From contig JBHGNT010000004.1 in NCBI GenBank assembly GCA_043228905.1, positions 930,001 through 994,000 of the forward strand: a stretch of 64,000 nucleotides of DNA, in the 5' to 3' direction. The notes under the pieces were generated by a model, which saw only the letters and a program-made list of their open reading frames with translations, had not been told where the DNA came from and searched no databases. The position numbers and the translations under genes are program-made. Numbering within the stretch: the stretch's first letter is position 1; every line of letters begins with the position of its first letter. The DNA is from Azolla caroliniana (Eukaryota > Plantae > Polypodiophyta). Of this stretch, positions 54,361 through 64,000 are shown piece by piece.

Positions 54361-54710
54361 GGTCATAGGAGATTAAGTAGATGAATGAATAGAATGATGG
54401 GTATTAGAGAAAAAGAAGAGTGTGCAAGTGGGAAAAAAATGTATTGTGTATGCTCAAATAAAAAGGCACCCACTATTTTTATTTGTGGGAGAGCATCTTG
54501 AATCCTATAAGAGGGTTAAGAGAGCAGGGAGAGTTAGAAACACAAAAGATGGACCATAGGAGATTAAGTGGATAAATGAATAGATTGGTGGGCATTAAAG
54601 AAAAAGAAGAATGTGCTAGGTGGGAAAAAATACATGGTGCATGCAAAAATAAAAAGGCACCCACTATATTTATTTGTGGGAGTGCCTCTCAAATCCTATA
54701 TGAGGGTGGA
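54361..54710. repeat. Diverged ~190-bp tandem repeat, possibly inside an old gypsy LTR
   Basis: cataggagattaagt..aaaaagaaga..aaataaaaaggcacccactat..tatttgtgggag..aatcctata occurs twice (near 54365 and 54555). Confidence 0.75.
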
Positions 54711-55593
54711 GAGAGCTCATTGTTAGGGGGGAGAATTAGAAAAAACGACGAAGTGACGCCGGAATCAGGAGAAAGCTCTGGGGTTGTGAATAAAGAGGCT
54801 GCACAAGATCAACAACAACAAAAGACAATGTGGTCGTCATTCGTCGAGACGTTAGAAACTCGAGGATCTCCCCCTAGAAGCTCTATTCATGATTTTGTTT
54901 TCTTCTCCACTTACTCATATCTACCTATCTTTCTCTTGTCACTTGATTGCTCAAAGTAACAGAGCCGAGAATCTTCTCATTGTATTTACACACCTTCATG
55001 AACCTATGATTGCTTATCAAATTTGAATATAATTTATATTTCAATTATCTTGTGAGAATCTTCATTTAAGTTTCCCATTAGCAAACAAGGCATTGTGTAG
55101 AAATTTTCGGCTCGAAATTTCGAGCATGGGAGACAAAGTTAAAAGAATTTGATGAAATCAATGTATGGCATATCACCTTACTATCCTACCGGAAAACCAT
55201 CTAGTCAATACGAAGACTTCATCTTGAGGATCATGATGGATTTTTCGGATCTCAATTCCAGCCACTGAACAAGGAAATAAGGGCTCCCATAAATTATCAG
55301 ACGATGAGAGTCGAACCCGCCACGACTCCAACCATCGAGCGAGGAAACATGTGCTCCTATAAATTATCAGACGATGATGGGAGTCAAACCTGCCACGTTA
55401 GCCGGAGCTAACATCCCCTCCCCCAAAGTCAGGGTAAAAAATGTGATTTTTGAAAATTACCCTGGCACCCTCCTTCGCGAGGCCACAAAAGCAAATTAAG
55501 GAAAAGGGGAGACTTCGGCAAGGGTCAAACAATAGTAATAATAAAATTGGTAAATAAAATATATATATATTTGGTAAATAAAATATATATATA

Positions 55594-56410
55594 ATTGGAA
55601 ATGGCTATGAGCCATGCAAATTCCTAGAAAAGTTGTCTTGTTTAGATGGTTGTTGGTACATTATGGCACCCTTGTGAAGTCATGGATGAAGGGGCATTGC
55701 CATGATTTAAAATGTGACAATTGCGGTTTTCCCAATGAAACAATGCACCATGTTTTATGGGTATGTCCTATAGCTAGAGTAGTATTGAAAAGAGTGTTGA
55801 GAATTTTGTATCCTATTTATGGTAAACAGGCGTACACATGGGGTTTTGTGAGATGGGGACGATTGGCTAAAGAAATACAGAATTATGAAAGGGATTGTGT
55901 TGATTTTCTTCTCCTCTCTGATGGAAGACATGTGTTGGAGGCCTCTTATACTACACTAATCCATTGTTTGGAAGAAGACAAGGTTTGGGCTATTGTATCT
56001 TCTTTAGTAGTTTGGATGTTATGGAAGGCAAGATGTAAGTGTGTATTTCAGAATGTCAAACCAATTGCGGTTGAGTTAGTCAAGGAGATATGGTTGATGC
56101 TCCTGCATACTCTAAGAGGTCAATATGAGGCAATACATGGTGAGCCTGATGTTGTGTTTCGCAAACAACAACAATTTCAAGAAATTTGGAAAAAGGCAAA
56201 GGTCTTCACCTATTTTGGGGACAGAATAAAATGGAGATATGCTCCACCAAGATGGCTTTTTCCGCCCCCTATCTTGAAAATACCATGCATGAGAGTTTTT
56301 GCTACTAGAAATGTCCATTCATGTGGGTAGGAGGGTTGTAATAGATTGTATGGATACTTTGTAGCCTTTGGGCATCTTTTCATTAATACCACGGTGAATC
56401 TTGACTTTAA
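55594..56410 (+). mobile_element. 5'-truncated LINE 3' end with an open 238-aa zf-RVT/C-terminal ORF
   Basis: IPRKVVLFRWLLVH..CDNCG..ETMHHVLWVC..WMLWKARC..LRGQYE..WRYAPPRWLFPP; flanked by (TA)n on both sides. Confidence 0.88.
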
Positions 56411-56459
56411 TATATATATATATAGATATATATATAAACGATAATAATAATATTTTCTA

Positions 56460-57103
56460 TTCAAAGATATCGCACTTGGAAATGCACTAGTGGATATGTA
56501 TGCCAACTGTGGTTTGAGTATTAAAGCACAAAATGTACTTGATGAGCTTCAAATCCGAGATGTAGTTTCTTGGTTCATATGTATGCTACATGTGGTGTGC
56601 TTGAGGAAGCAAGAAAAGTATTGGAAGAGCTTCATCTTCGAGATATGTTGGCTTGGTCAGCCCTTATTGTTGGCTATGCTCAACAAGGACAAGCACATGA
56701 AGCCCTGAAGTGTCTCAAACACAAGGAAAGTGAGGGCATATCTCCTGACAACATAACATTAGTATGTGTGATGAGTGCAGGTGGTCACATTGGGCTCATA
56801 AATGATGCCAAAATGATTTTTCAGGTTATGACCACAAAATATTGTATTTCTCCAAACTTAGAGCATCTTAATTGCATGGTTGTAGTATTTGGATGTGGGG
56901 GTAATATGATAAGGCTATTTCAGTGATCAAGGTAATGCCATTTTTTGAGTATTCAGTCATATGGATTTCACTATTGGGTGCTTCTAGGAAATGGGGAAAT
57001 GAGAAGCTTTGGAGATTATCTTTGCAATACAACTATATAATAATGGTATCATGTCATATGTTCTCATGGCTGATATATTTGGAAGTGTTAGTAACATGAT
57101 CTG
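56460..57103 (+). pseudogene. 5'-truncated PLS-class PPR gene, C-terminal motifs with E1/E2 and no visible DYW; probable retrocopy
   Basis: ALGNALVDMYANCG..IRDVVSW; HMYATCGVLEEARKVLEEL..AWSALIVGYAQQGQAHEAL; PDNITLVCVMSA; PNLEHLNCMVVVFG; IWISLLGASRKWGN; SYVLMADIF; frameshifts; no introns evident. Confidence 0.88.
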
Positions 57104-57864
57104 AATAAAACATTATTATTGGCGAAAGCAAGAATATGAATATGCCATGGATGTTTATGTCAATGAGCATATGATGGTTGCATATAATGATCATGGATGA
57201 ATTGATGAATTTGGTGGGTTCTGACAACTCATAAACATGAACATACCATTGATATCTATATCAATGAACATATCATGGATGCTTTTACTGATGATATTAA
57301 CAAGGATTTCTATATCGATGGTGGTTGTATATAAGGGAACCTGAATCTGCAACCTATGAACATGAATATATCATGGATGTTGATGAGCATGCAATGAAAT
57401 TTCTGCCCATAATGTAAACATCTAGGGAAACTTGACGTCACAAATCAAGGGTCATGAACCCAAGCTCACGGCTTGGAGAAAGCAAGGAATGTACAAAAAA
57501 CAATGTGTGGTTATTGTATATACTCATCAATTCGGCCATGATGAGAGTACAAGCGAATCTGTTGGTATATTTGTTTATCCAACACAACTTTTGTAGTTCT
57601 TATGATTTTATAATACCAAGGCCTATCTTTTTTAAAATAAAAAATAAATAAATTACCATAAAATAAATAAATATTTAATAATAAAAATTAGTAAATAAAA
57701 CAACATAGAAATAACAATAATTAATTATGAATCTTACTCATCAACAATGTACTTAAATTTACTAAACTCGACGAACCTAGAAAAACACACACACACACAC
57801 ACAACAACTAAAGCATAAACCCTAAACCCTAAACTTATGTTCCCGCTAGAATTCTTTAAGATAT

Positions 57865-58588
57865 TGTAACATCCTCGAGCATTGTACCCACAAAGACTCT
57901 CCGCTCCATTCTCTCTGGGTCAAATTCCTGGTGGATCCGATCTACTTCACACGCACACGCATAACTTCGTGACCTTGTCTTCAACGTTATTGATTGAATC
58001 ATGTGTACCTTCCCTTAGTATCTTTGAGGATTGTGTCAATGGTAGAGATATTTTCTATATTTGTTGTCTTACTCGTAGTTTTAGTGTAAGATCTTATTAG
58101 ATCTTGAGAGATTAGGTCAAATCTTGTGTTGCCATAACTATAAGTGGTTTGAAGAAAGGTTAATCTACAAGAGCCTAAAGAGGTAGGACACAAAAAGACT
58201 CGAATAATCTTGCTAGGAGATTGGGCGATGAAAACATAATAAGAGAAGAGGAGTAGTAAAACATTAATCAATCATTGAGAAGAAGGGGAAGAGTTTCGTT
58301 AAGGTGGGAGCAAAATCAATCAAAGACAAATGTGGTGTTGTCATATGTGTCAACGAGTGGCTCATCATACACAATATGTTCTTCCCAATTTTGGAAGCAT
58401 AAATTCCTTACATGCTCCTCATTTACATCTTTAAAGAGGACAAAAGTATCCATGGACATTGGAATCCTAAAACTTACCTCTCTTATCCAATTGTCTCTGC
58501 ATCGTCTTTGCAATAGTCTAGTAGGAGGTTAATAGCGGACCTCCTTGTAACTAAACCTTCCGAGGGTTGTGTGAAGCCTAGTGTCACA
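57865..58588. mobile_element. Possible old solo LTR
   Basis: Termini tgtaaca...tgtcaca; flanks atat/ctat are only an imperfect TSD; no recognisable coding domain. Confidence 0.3.
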
Positions 58589-58955
58589 CTATTGAACTTA
58601 TTTTCTAATGCTTTTCCCTTGCCCAATTCCCCCTTACACATCAACGAGGGGAACTTTCGGCTCCCAGAATACCCCTAAGTATCAACACATACACACACAC
58701 ACACACACACACTAACATCAATTCCTATAAGCTAACCCCATTTATAAAGTTTAAAACAACACTTACACAGATGGGTGCGCATTCACACAAAAATATTGCA
58801 ACCAACACATACACAACTACACATACCCCTTACCCTACACACATGACACAAGTTCATTTATACATAAATAAACATCTACTTGGCACACATAATTTACACA
58901 TCCTAGCATACATAAAGGCTTATTATGAGCACATGCACACAAGAGTACACACACA

Positions 58956-59324
58956 TTTACTAATGAGATTAACATGGATTTCTATATCGATGGTGGTTGT
59001 ATATAAGGGAATCTGAATATGCAACCTATGAACATGAATATATCATGGATGTTGATGAACATGCAATGAATTTTCTGCCTATAATGCATAGATTTAGGGG
59101 AACTTGAGTTCACAAATGAAGGGATACGAACCCAAGCTTAGGGCTTGGAGAAAGCAAGGAATATTGAACATCAATGTACAAAAAACTAGGTGTGGTTATT
59201 GTAGATACACATCAAATCGGCCATGATGAGAGTACAAGGGAATCGGTTGGTATATCCAACACAACTTTTGTATTTCGTATGATTTTATAATACCAAGTTG
59301 TATCTTTTTGTCAAAAAGAAGAAG
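58956..59324 (+). mobile_element. Short retroposed copy of the sequence 3' of the PPR pseudogene (paralogous to 57284-57640)
   Basis: Collinear similarity over about 360 bp; (gaa)n tail; degenerate TSD aagagt..cacacattta.taa at 58941-58963 and 59325-59345. Confidence 0.75.
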
Positions 59325-60041
59325 AAGAGTGCACACATTTAGTAAGCTAAATGCATGTCATAGCTACACACATACAAATACATACATTAAACATAGAGTT
59401 CCACATTACCACATACCCAAATGTCTTACTTACTACTACATTTGTGTGGTGACCGTCTAAGAAGGGGGGAAAACACAAGGAGCAAGACTATCCCACTCAA
59501 GTTTTGCAACCCTTCATTAGCAATACCAATCCATCTTCCTTGGTTTAGGATGCCGCCATTTAATATTGTCTCTCTGTGTGTCTCTCTCTCTATTGTTCAT
59601 CTTAATCTTGTTAAGTTGTCTAATACTGAAATCTTATGTTCATCTTGTTTATGTATATCAATCTTGATGTTCTTCACACTATAGTACCGATTTGTTATCT
59701 ACACATTACGACCTTGTCACCAACATTTGGTATCAGAGCACAAGGTTCGTTTCATTGTCAATCATCATCAGTCTCATCACCAACACTCCTGTCTTTCACC
59801 ATTGAAGACTTCAAGATTCGACTAGGCGACATTCGAGTAGGCCAATCGGCATAGCATGTGCCCAATTCGGCTAGGTGTCACGGACATGACAACTGTCATG
59901 GCAAGATTCCAACTCTTGACCATTTGTATACTACGTAGTCAAGTGTTATGTTCTAACCAACACATCCAAATACATAGTCATGTTATAAAAATCTTACTAG
60001 ATTATTAGTAGATTATCTATTCCAAGTTCTAGAAGTTTTTA

Positions 60042-60129
60042 GAAAGTTCTAGAACTAGAAGGTTCTAGAGGGTTCTAGAATATTCTCCAGAATATTCTAA
60101 TGCATATACTTCATCTCACAATATAAATA
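60042..60129 (+). promoter_or_regulatory. Heat-shock element array and TATA box in the 5' LTR (mirrored at 61748-61807)
   Basis: GAAagTTCtaGAA at 60042-60054; GAAggTTCtaGAgggTTCtaGAAtaTTC at 60058-60085; tataaata at 60122-60129. Confidence 0.7.
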
Positions 60130-60560
60130 CTTGTAACCTTTCAACGTCAATCATTGACACATCAATCTAGTATTATCGTTTTATTCCATCTTGCCTTTTT
60201 CTTCATCTTTGTATTCATGCTCTTGTGTCATTCCTAGCTTCTTAAATTCCTCGTTCGTAGCCCTATCATCTGTGTTGCGTCCGAGTTAGCAGTTCGTGTG
60301 TCCATGACAGTTTGAATCTCTTCCAACTGGAAGCATCACCTGTCTTCGTCATCGCCTTTGGTTCTAGAGTTAGCATCATCACCGTCCTTGCTTCCGGAGT
60401 ACCCATCATCAACATCCTTGTCTTTGACATCATCATTTTCAACACCTCTTCGCTCAAGCTTCATCCTCATCAACACTACTTTCCATGGTATTTCATGATG
60501 ATCATTGTTCCACCCTCTTCATTGTCATTATTATCATCTATAGGCATCATTTTGCATAAC

Positions 60561-61490
60561 GATTTTGGTGAGGATTGCTTTCGATCGCTCATCTTCCCAA
60601 TTCTTGTGGGGGTGACAAGCGCTCACTTTCCTGGTGGGGATCAGATCATTGCTCGTGTGCACTCCATTTTCATTTTAGTTCAAGTATCGCTCCACTTTCC
60701 TTTGGCGAGGACTGATTATGATCGCTCACCTTCCCAGTTCTGGTGGGGGTCACAACCGCTCACTTTACTGGTGGGGATCGCGTCGGTTTCCCGCTAGCGC
60801 CCTCTCATGATAGAAGAAGATTTTGGTGAGGATTGATTTCGATCGCTCACCTTCCCAGATCCGGTGGAGGTGACAACCGCTCACTTTCCTGGTGGGGATC
60901 ATATCATTGTTCGCTTGCACTCCATTTTCATTTTAGTTCAAGTCTCACTCCACTTTCTTTTGGCGACGACTGACTTCGATCGCTCACCTTCCCAATTCCG
61001 GTGGGGGTCACAACCGCTCACTTTCCTGGTGGGGATTGCGTCGGTTTCTCGCTAGCGCCCTCTCATGATAGAAGAAGATTTTGCTGAAGATTGATTTAGA
61101 TCGCTCACCTTCCCAGGTCCAGTGGGGGTCACAACCGCTCACTTTCCTAGTGGGGATCACTTTCGGTTTCTCGCTAGCGCCCTCTCATGATAGAAGAAGT
61201 CGAGTCGACCTCTTCATCTGCACTCCTTCACCTGGTGGTGTTCTAGTTCCCGGTGAGCACCACATGGTCGCTCATGCCCGTTGGTGTTCGTGTTCCCGAT
61301 GACGACCGCACATGGTCTCTCGCGTTGTTCATGTTCCAATTCCTAGTGAGGACCACATGTTCGCTCACACTTGTTCATGTTCCCAGTGAGGACTACACAT
61401 GGTCACTTACGCCCGTTGATGTTCCAGTCTCCAGTGAGGACCTCACATGGTCTCTCACATTCGTACATGTTACTATTTCTAGTGAGGACT
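60561..61490. repeat. Internal tandem arrays: 258-bp unit (two full and one partial) followed by about six ~40-bp units
   Basis: gattttggtgaggattg at 60561 and 60819, with a variant at 61077; then repeated gtgaggaccacatggtc.ctcac..gttcatgttcc. Confidence 0.85.
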
Positions 61491-62323
61491 CGCTCAGTCA
61501 TCAATCCACTTTGCTTTCCTACTTTAGCTCGCCATTGCACCATGACGCTTTCGAAAAGGCGGCCATAAAGGAGAGGATAATGTCACGGACATGACAACAA
61601 GCATGGCTAGTTTCGAACTCTTGACCACTTGCATAATAGTCAAATGTTATATTCTAACCAACACATCCAAATACATAGTCATATTATAAAAAACTTCGTA
61701 GATTATCTTCTCTAAATTCTAGGAGTTTTCAAAAAGTTCTAGAACTAGAAGGTTCTAGAGGGTTCTAGAATATTCTAATGCATGTACTTCATCTCACAAT
61801 ATAAATACTTGTAACCTCCTTGGTCCCTTTCAAGGGATTCAACGGCAGTCATTGACACATCAATCTAGTATTCTCGTTTCATTCCATCTTGTCTCCTTCT
61901 TGATCTTTGTCTTCATGCTCTTGTGTCATTCCTAGCTTCTTAAATTCCATGTTCGTAGCCCCATCATTCGCGGTCCATTTGAGTCAGCAATTGGTGTGTT
62001 CATGACACTAGGCACCAATCCAGATAGATCAGTCGGGCAGAACAAGTTAAAAGTCGACGCAGTTCGTGTTCAATTAAGCCAAATCAAATTCGGGTGAACC
62101 AGCCAGTTGCACCCACTTACCAATAGTAGCCACTCCGGACATAACTTTTAGACCATCCATCTCACATAAAAAATAGCATCTATATTCGGCTCATTAGAAA
62201 TGAGTTTCAAGAAGTTTGATCGATCGAACTTCAGTTACTTTTGGACGGAACAAATGCAAGATTATCTAATCGTGAAGGGTTAGATCGATCCGATTGAGAA
62301 CGAAAATCCTCCTAGAGAGTATA

Positions 62324-62996
62324 ATTTTTATTCCCAAGATCAAGCAATTTTGGAGTAAGTTGTTTTTATTGTTGAGACAACATTATTCTCGTTCTATTTT
62401 GTGGTGGGGTGCAATATTATGGGGTGTCCATGGAGATTTTATGAAGTATGAAAATAGGCATGCTTCTCATGTTTTTCACTTTTCCCATGGACACCTCTAT
62501 CTCATCTCATTTCCATCTTCTATTCGATGGTTTAGAATTGAAATTTTGGTTATTTGGTGTACTATTACGTCATCGCCTCTTTGGATAATATTGAAATTGA
62601 GATGTGATGTTGTTTTTAATAATGCTCACATACATCTCCGGACCATGCTTATTGAATTTTGGTTGTTATTTGTCTATACACTACGTGGTCAATATGATGA
62701 TCTACAGGGTTCAAATGATGTTCTATGGCAACGTCAAGTGGCCTTTAAGAAACGGTGGCAAGGGCTTCACTTATTTTCAGATACAACTAGTCTGAGGTGG
62801 AATTATGCCATACCTTCTTTTTTGTTGCATAACTTATAGTTTTTGCTCCACTTTTTTCTTATATGATATCATCTGTTTGAGCAGATGTTGGTACTAGCCT
62901 TTGTATCACAATAGAAGTGAGATGAAATGTTTCCTTCTATTTTCTCTTGTACATTTCTCAAGTAATATACTGAGGTGTTTCTTTCTTTCTTTTTTA
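62324..62996 (+). mobile_element. 5'-truncated LINE 3' end, same family as 38707-39533, inserted in the copia gag remnant
   Basis: PKIKQFWSKLFLLLRQHYSRSI..LRGQYDDLQGSNDVLWQRQVAFKKRWQGL; degenerate TSD aaaatcctc..agagta.aa near 62303-62323 and 62997-63019; gag resumes after the insertion. Confidence 0.88.
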
Positions 62997-64000
62997 AAAA
63001 TCCTCTAGAAGAGTACAAGCCGAATGAATGGATAAAATTAGATCGGCTAGCGCGCGCCACCATTCGTATGCACTTATCCGTATCATTCTATTACGTTGTG
63101 CAATTGTGTTCGACAACTTTTGAACTGTGGAAGACATTGTCGACAGTCGGACACTTATGAAAAGAAGGTGGCCACCACGAAAATATATCTAATTCGGTGA
63201 TTGTACAATATTCGGATGAAAGCATCCGATTCACTCCAAGCACATTTGAACAAGTAAGAAAGCATAAACTCCCAAATTTTGACTCAGGGGATGACGTTGA
63301 AGATGAGTTCAAAGCTCTTTTGCTAATGAGTAGTCTCCCCCCTTTGTGGGAACTTTTGTTACCACCGTGTGCAATGCATTGGTTGCAGCTGTCACGAGCT
63401 CAATTATGTCAGAAGATGCTCAAATGAAATTGTTCATACACTTAGCATACATATTGTATGCAGATTATGCGGAGTATTCTACAAGTAGAATTAATAGTCA
63501 ATGTGTTTTAATTATCCACACAAAGTACACAATAATATAGAATAGATGAACGTTATGCAAGTCTTATGCTTATTCGAGCAATTGAAACATCAATAAATCA
63601 ATACATTATGTATGTGTTCACTTCACTATACATGTCCAACGTTAGATCTTCTTCTACTCACACATCCATAAGTATGCATCGAATGTAAGTTTTCTACTTA
63701 TATAGCACAAAAGGTTATTATGGAATAGGGCAAGTTTGTGCTTTGCTCCAACATTTTCATACGCCACGCACAATTTCAGGAAATACAAAGGTAACAGGTT
63801 AAAAAACTAACACACACATGGTGTTGGCCTTTGATATCCATAGTAATTCTTTTGTAGTGTAACTAGTTATGAGGTCCCCATAGGAATTCATTGGATTTGT
63901 TGGTTAGAATAAAGCAATCACAATAGGATTATGCCTTGGATGTTGGGAACTATGGTAACCTTATCGGTAACATGGTCGTGATAATGATCATTTAGTGTTA

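Larger units (their letters stand above)
59876..62007 (+). mobile_element. Non-autonomous LTR element (TRIM/LARD-like, 2132 bp) with no coding capacity
   Basis: LTRs at 59876-60309 and 61581-62007 (tgtcacggac...catgaca); TSD ctagg at 59871-59875 and 62008-62012; PPT aaaggagagga before the 3' LTR; interior consists of tandem repeats. Confidence 0.9.
59443..63480 (+). mobile_element. Decayed copia (LTR, PBS and gag remnant) related to copia-1, hosting two later insertions
   Basis: LTR about 59443-59725 (tg..tggtgac / gtcaccaaca); PBS tggtatcagagc at 59728-59739; gag remnant EMSFKKFDRSNF..EQMQDYLIVKG..KLDRLARATIRMHLS..FELWKTLS closely parallels the copia-1 gag. Confidence 0.8.

Noticed and set aside
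57818-57834. aaaccctaaaccctaaa telomere-type repeat
   Set aside because: Only about two units; a common telo-box or chance occurrence, not an interstitial telomere.
61245-61490. ~40-bp repeats that superficially resemble a CRISPR array
   Set aside because: The units are contiguous degenerate tandem repeats without unique spacers, inside a plant LTR element, with no cas genes.

Overview
Eukaryotic, AT-rich land-plant DNA. It is most consistent with a fern, inferred from the PPR relics and TE styles, but I cannot prove this here. About 7 kb of host genes lie at the left: the 3' exons of a COP1-interacting-protein (CIP7)-related gene and an intronless DUF1645-family gene, separated by a PPR relic and a 100-N gap. 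The rest is a nested transposon landscape: one full-length decayed L1-clade LINE with a 15-bp TSD; five 5'-truncated LINE 3' ends; two near-identical hAT elements in inverted orientation (one intact, one hit by two Ty1/copia insertions); a third complete copia; decayed gypsy and copia remnants; and a non-coding 2.1-kb LTR element. Top candidates: (1) a PLS-E PPR retrocopy and a second copy of its 3' tail end in the same ~19-nt terminal motif as three LINE 3' ends here, suggesting PPR genes mobilised SINE-style by LINE machinery; (2) a non-autonomous LTR element with extended heat-shock elements upstream of its TATA box; (3) a copia insertion with a ~337-bp target duplication and one truncated LTR. 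Coordinates and alignments were read by eye; no database searches were run.
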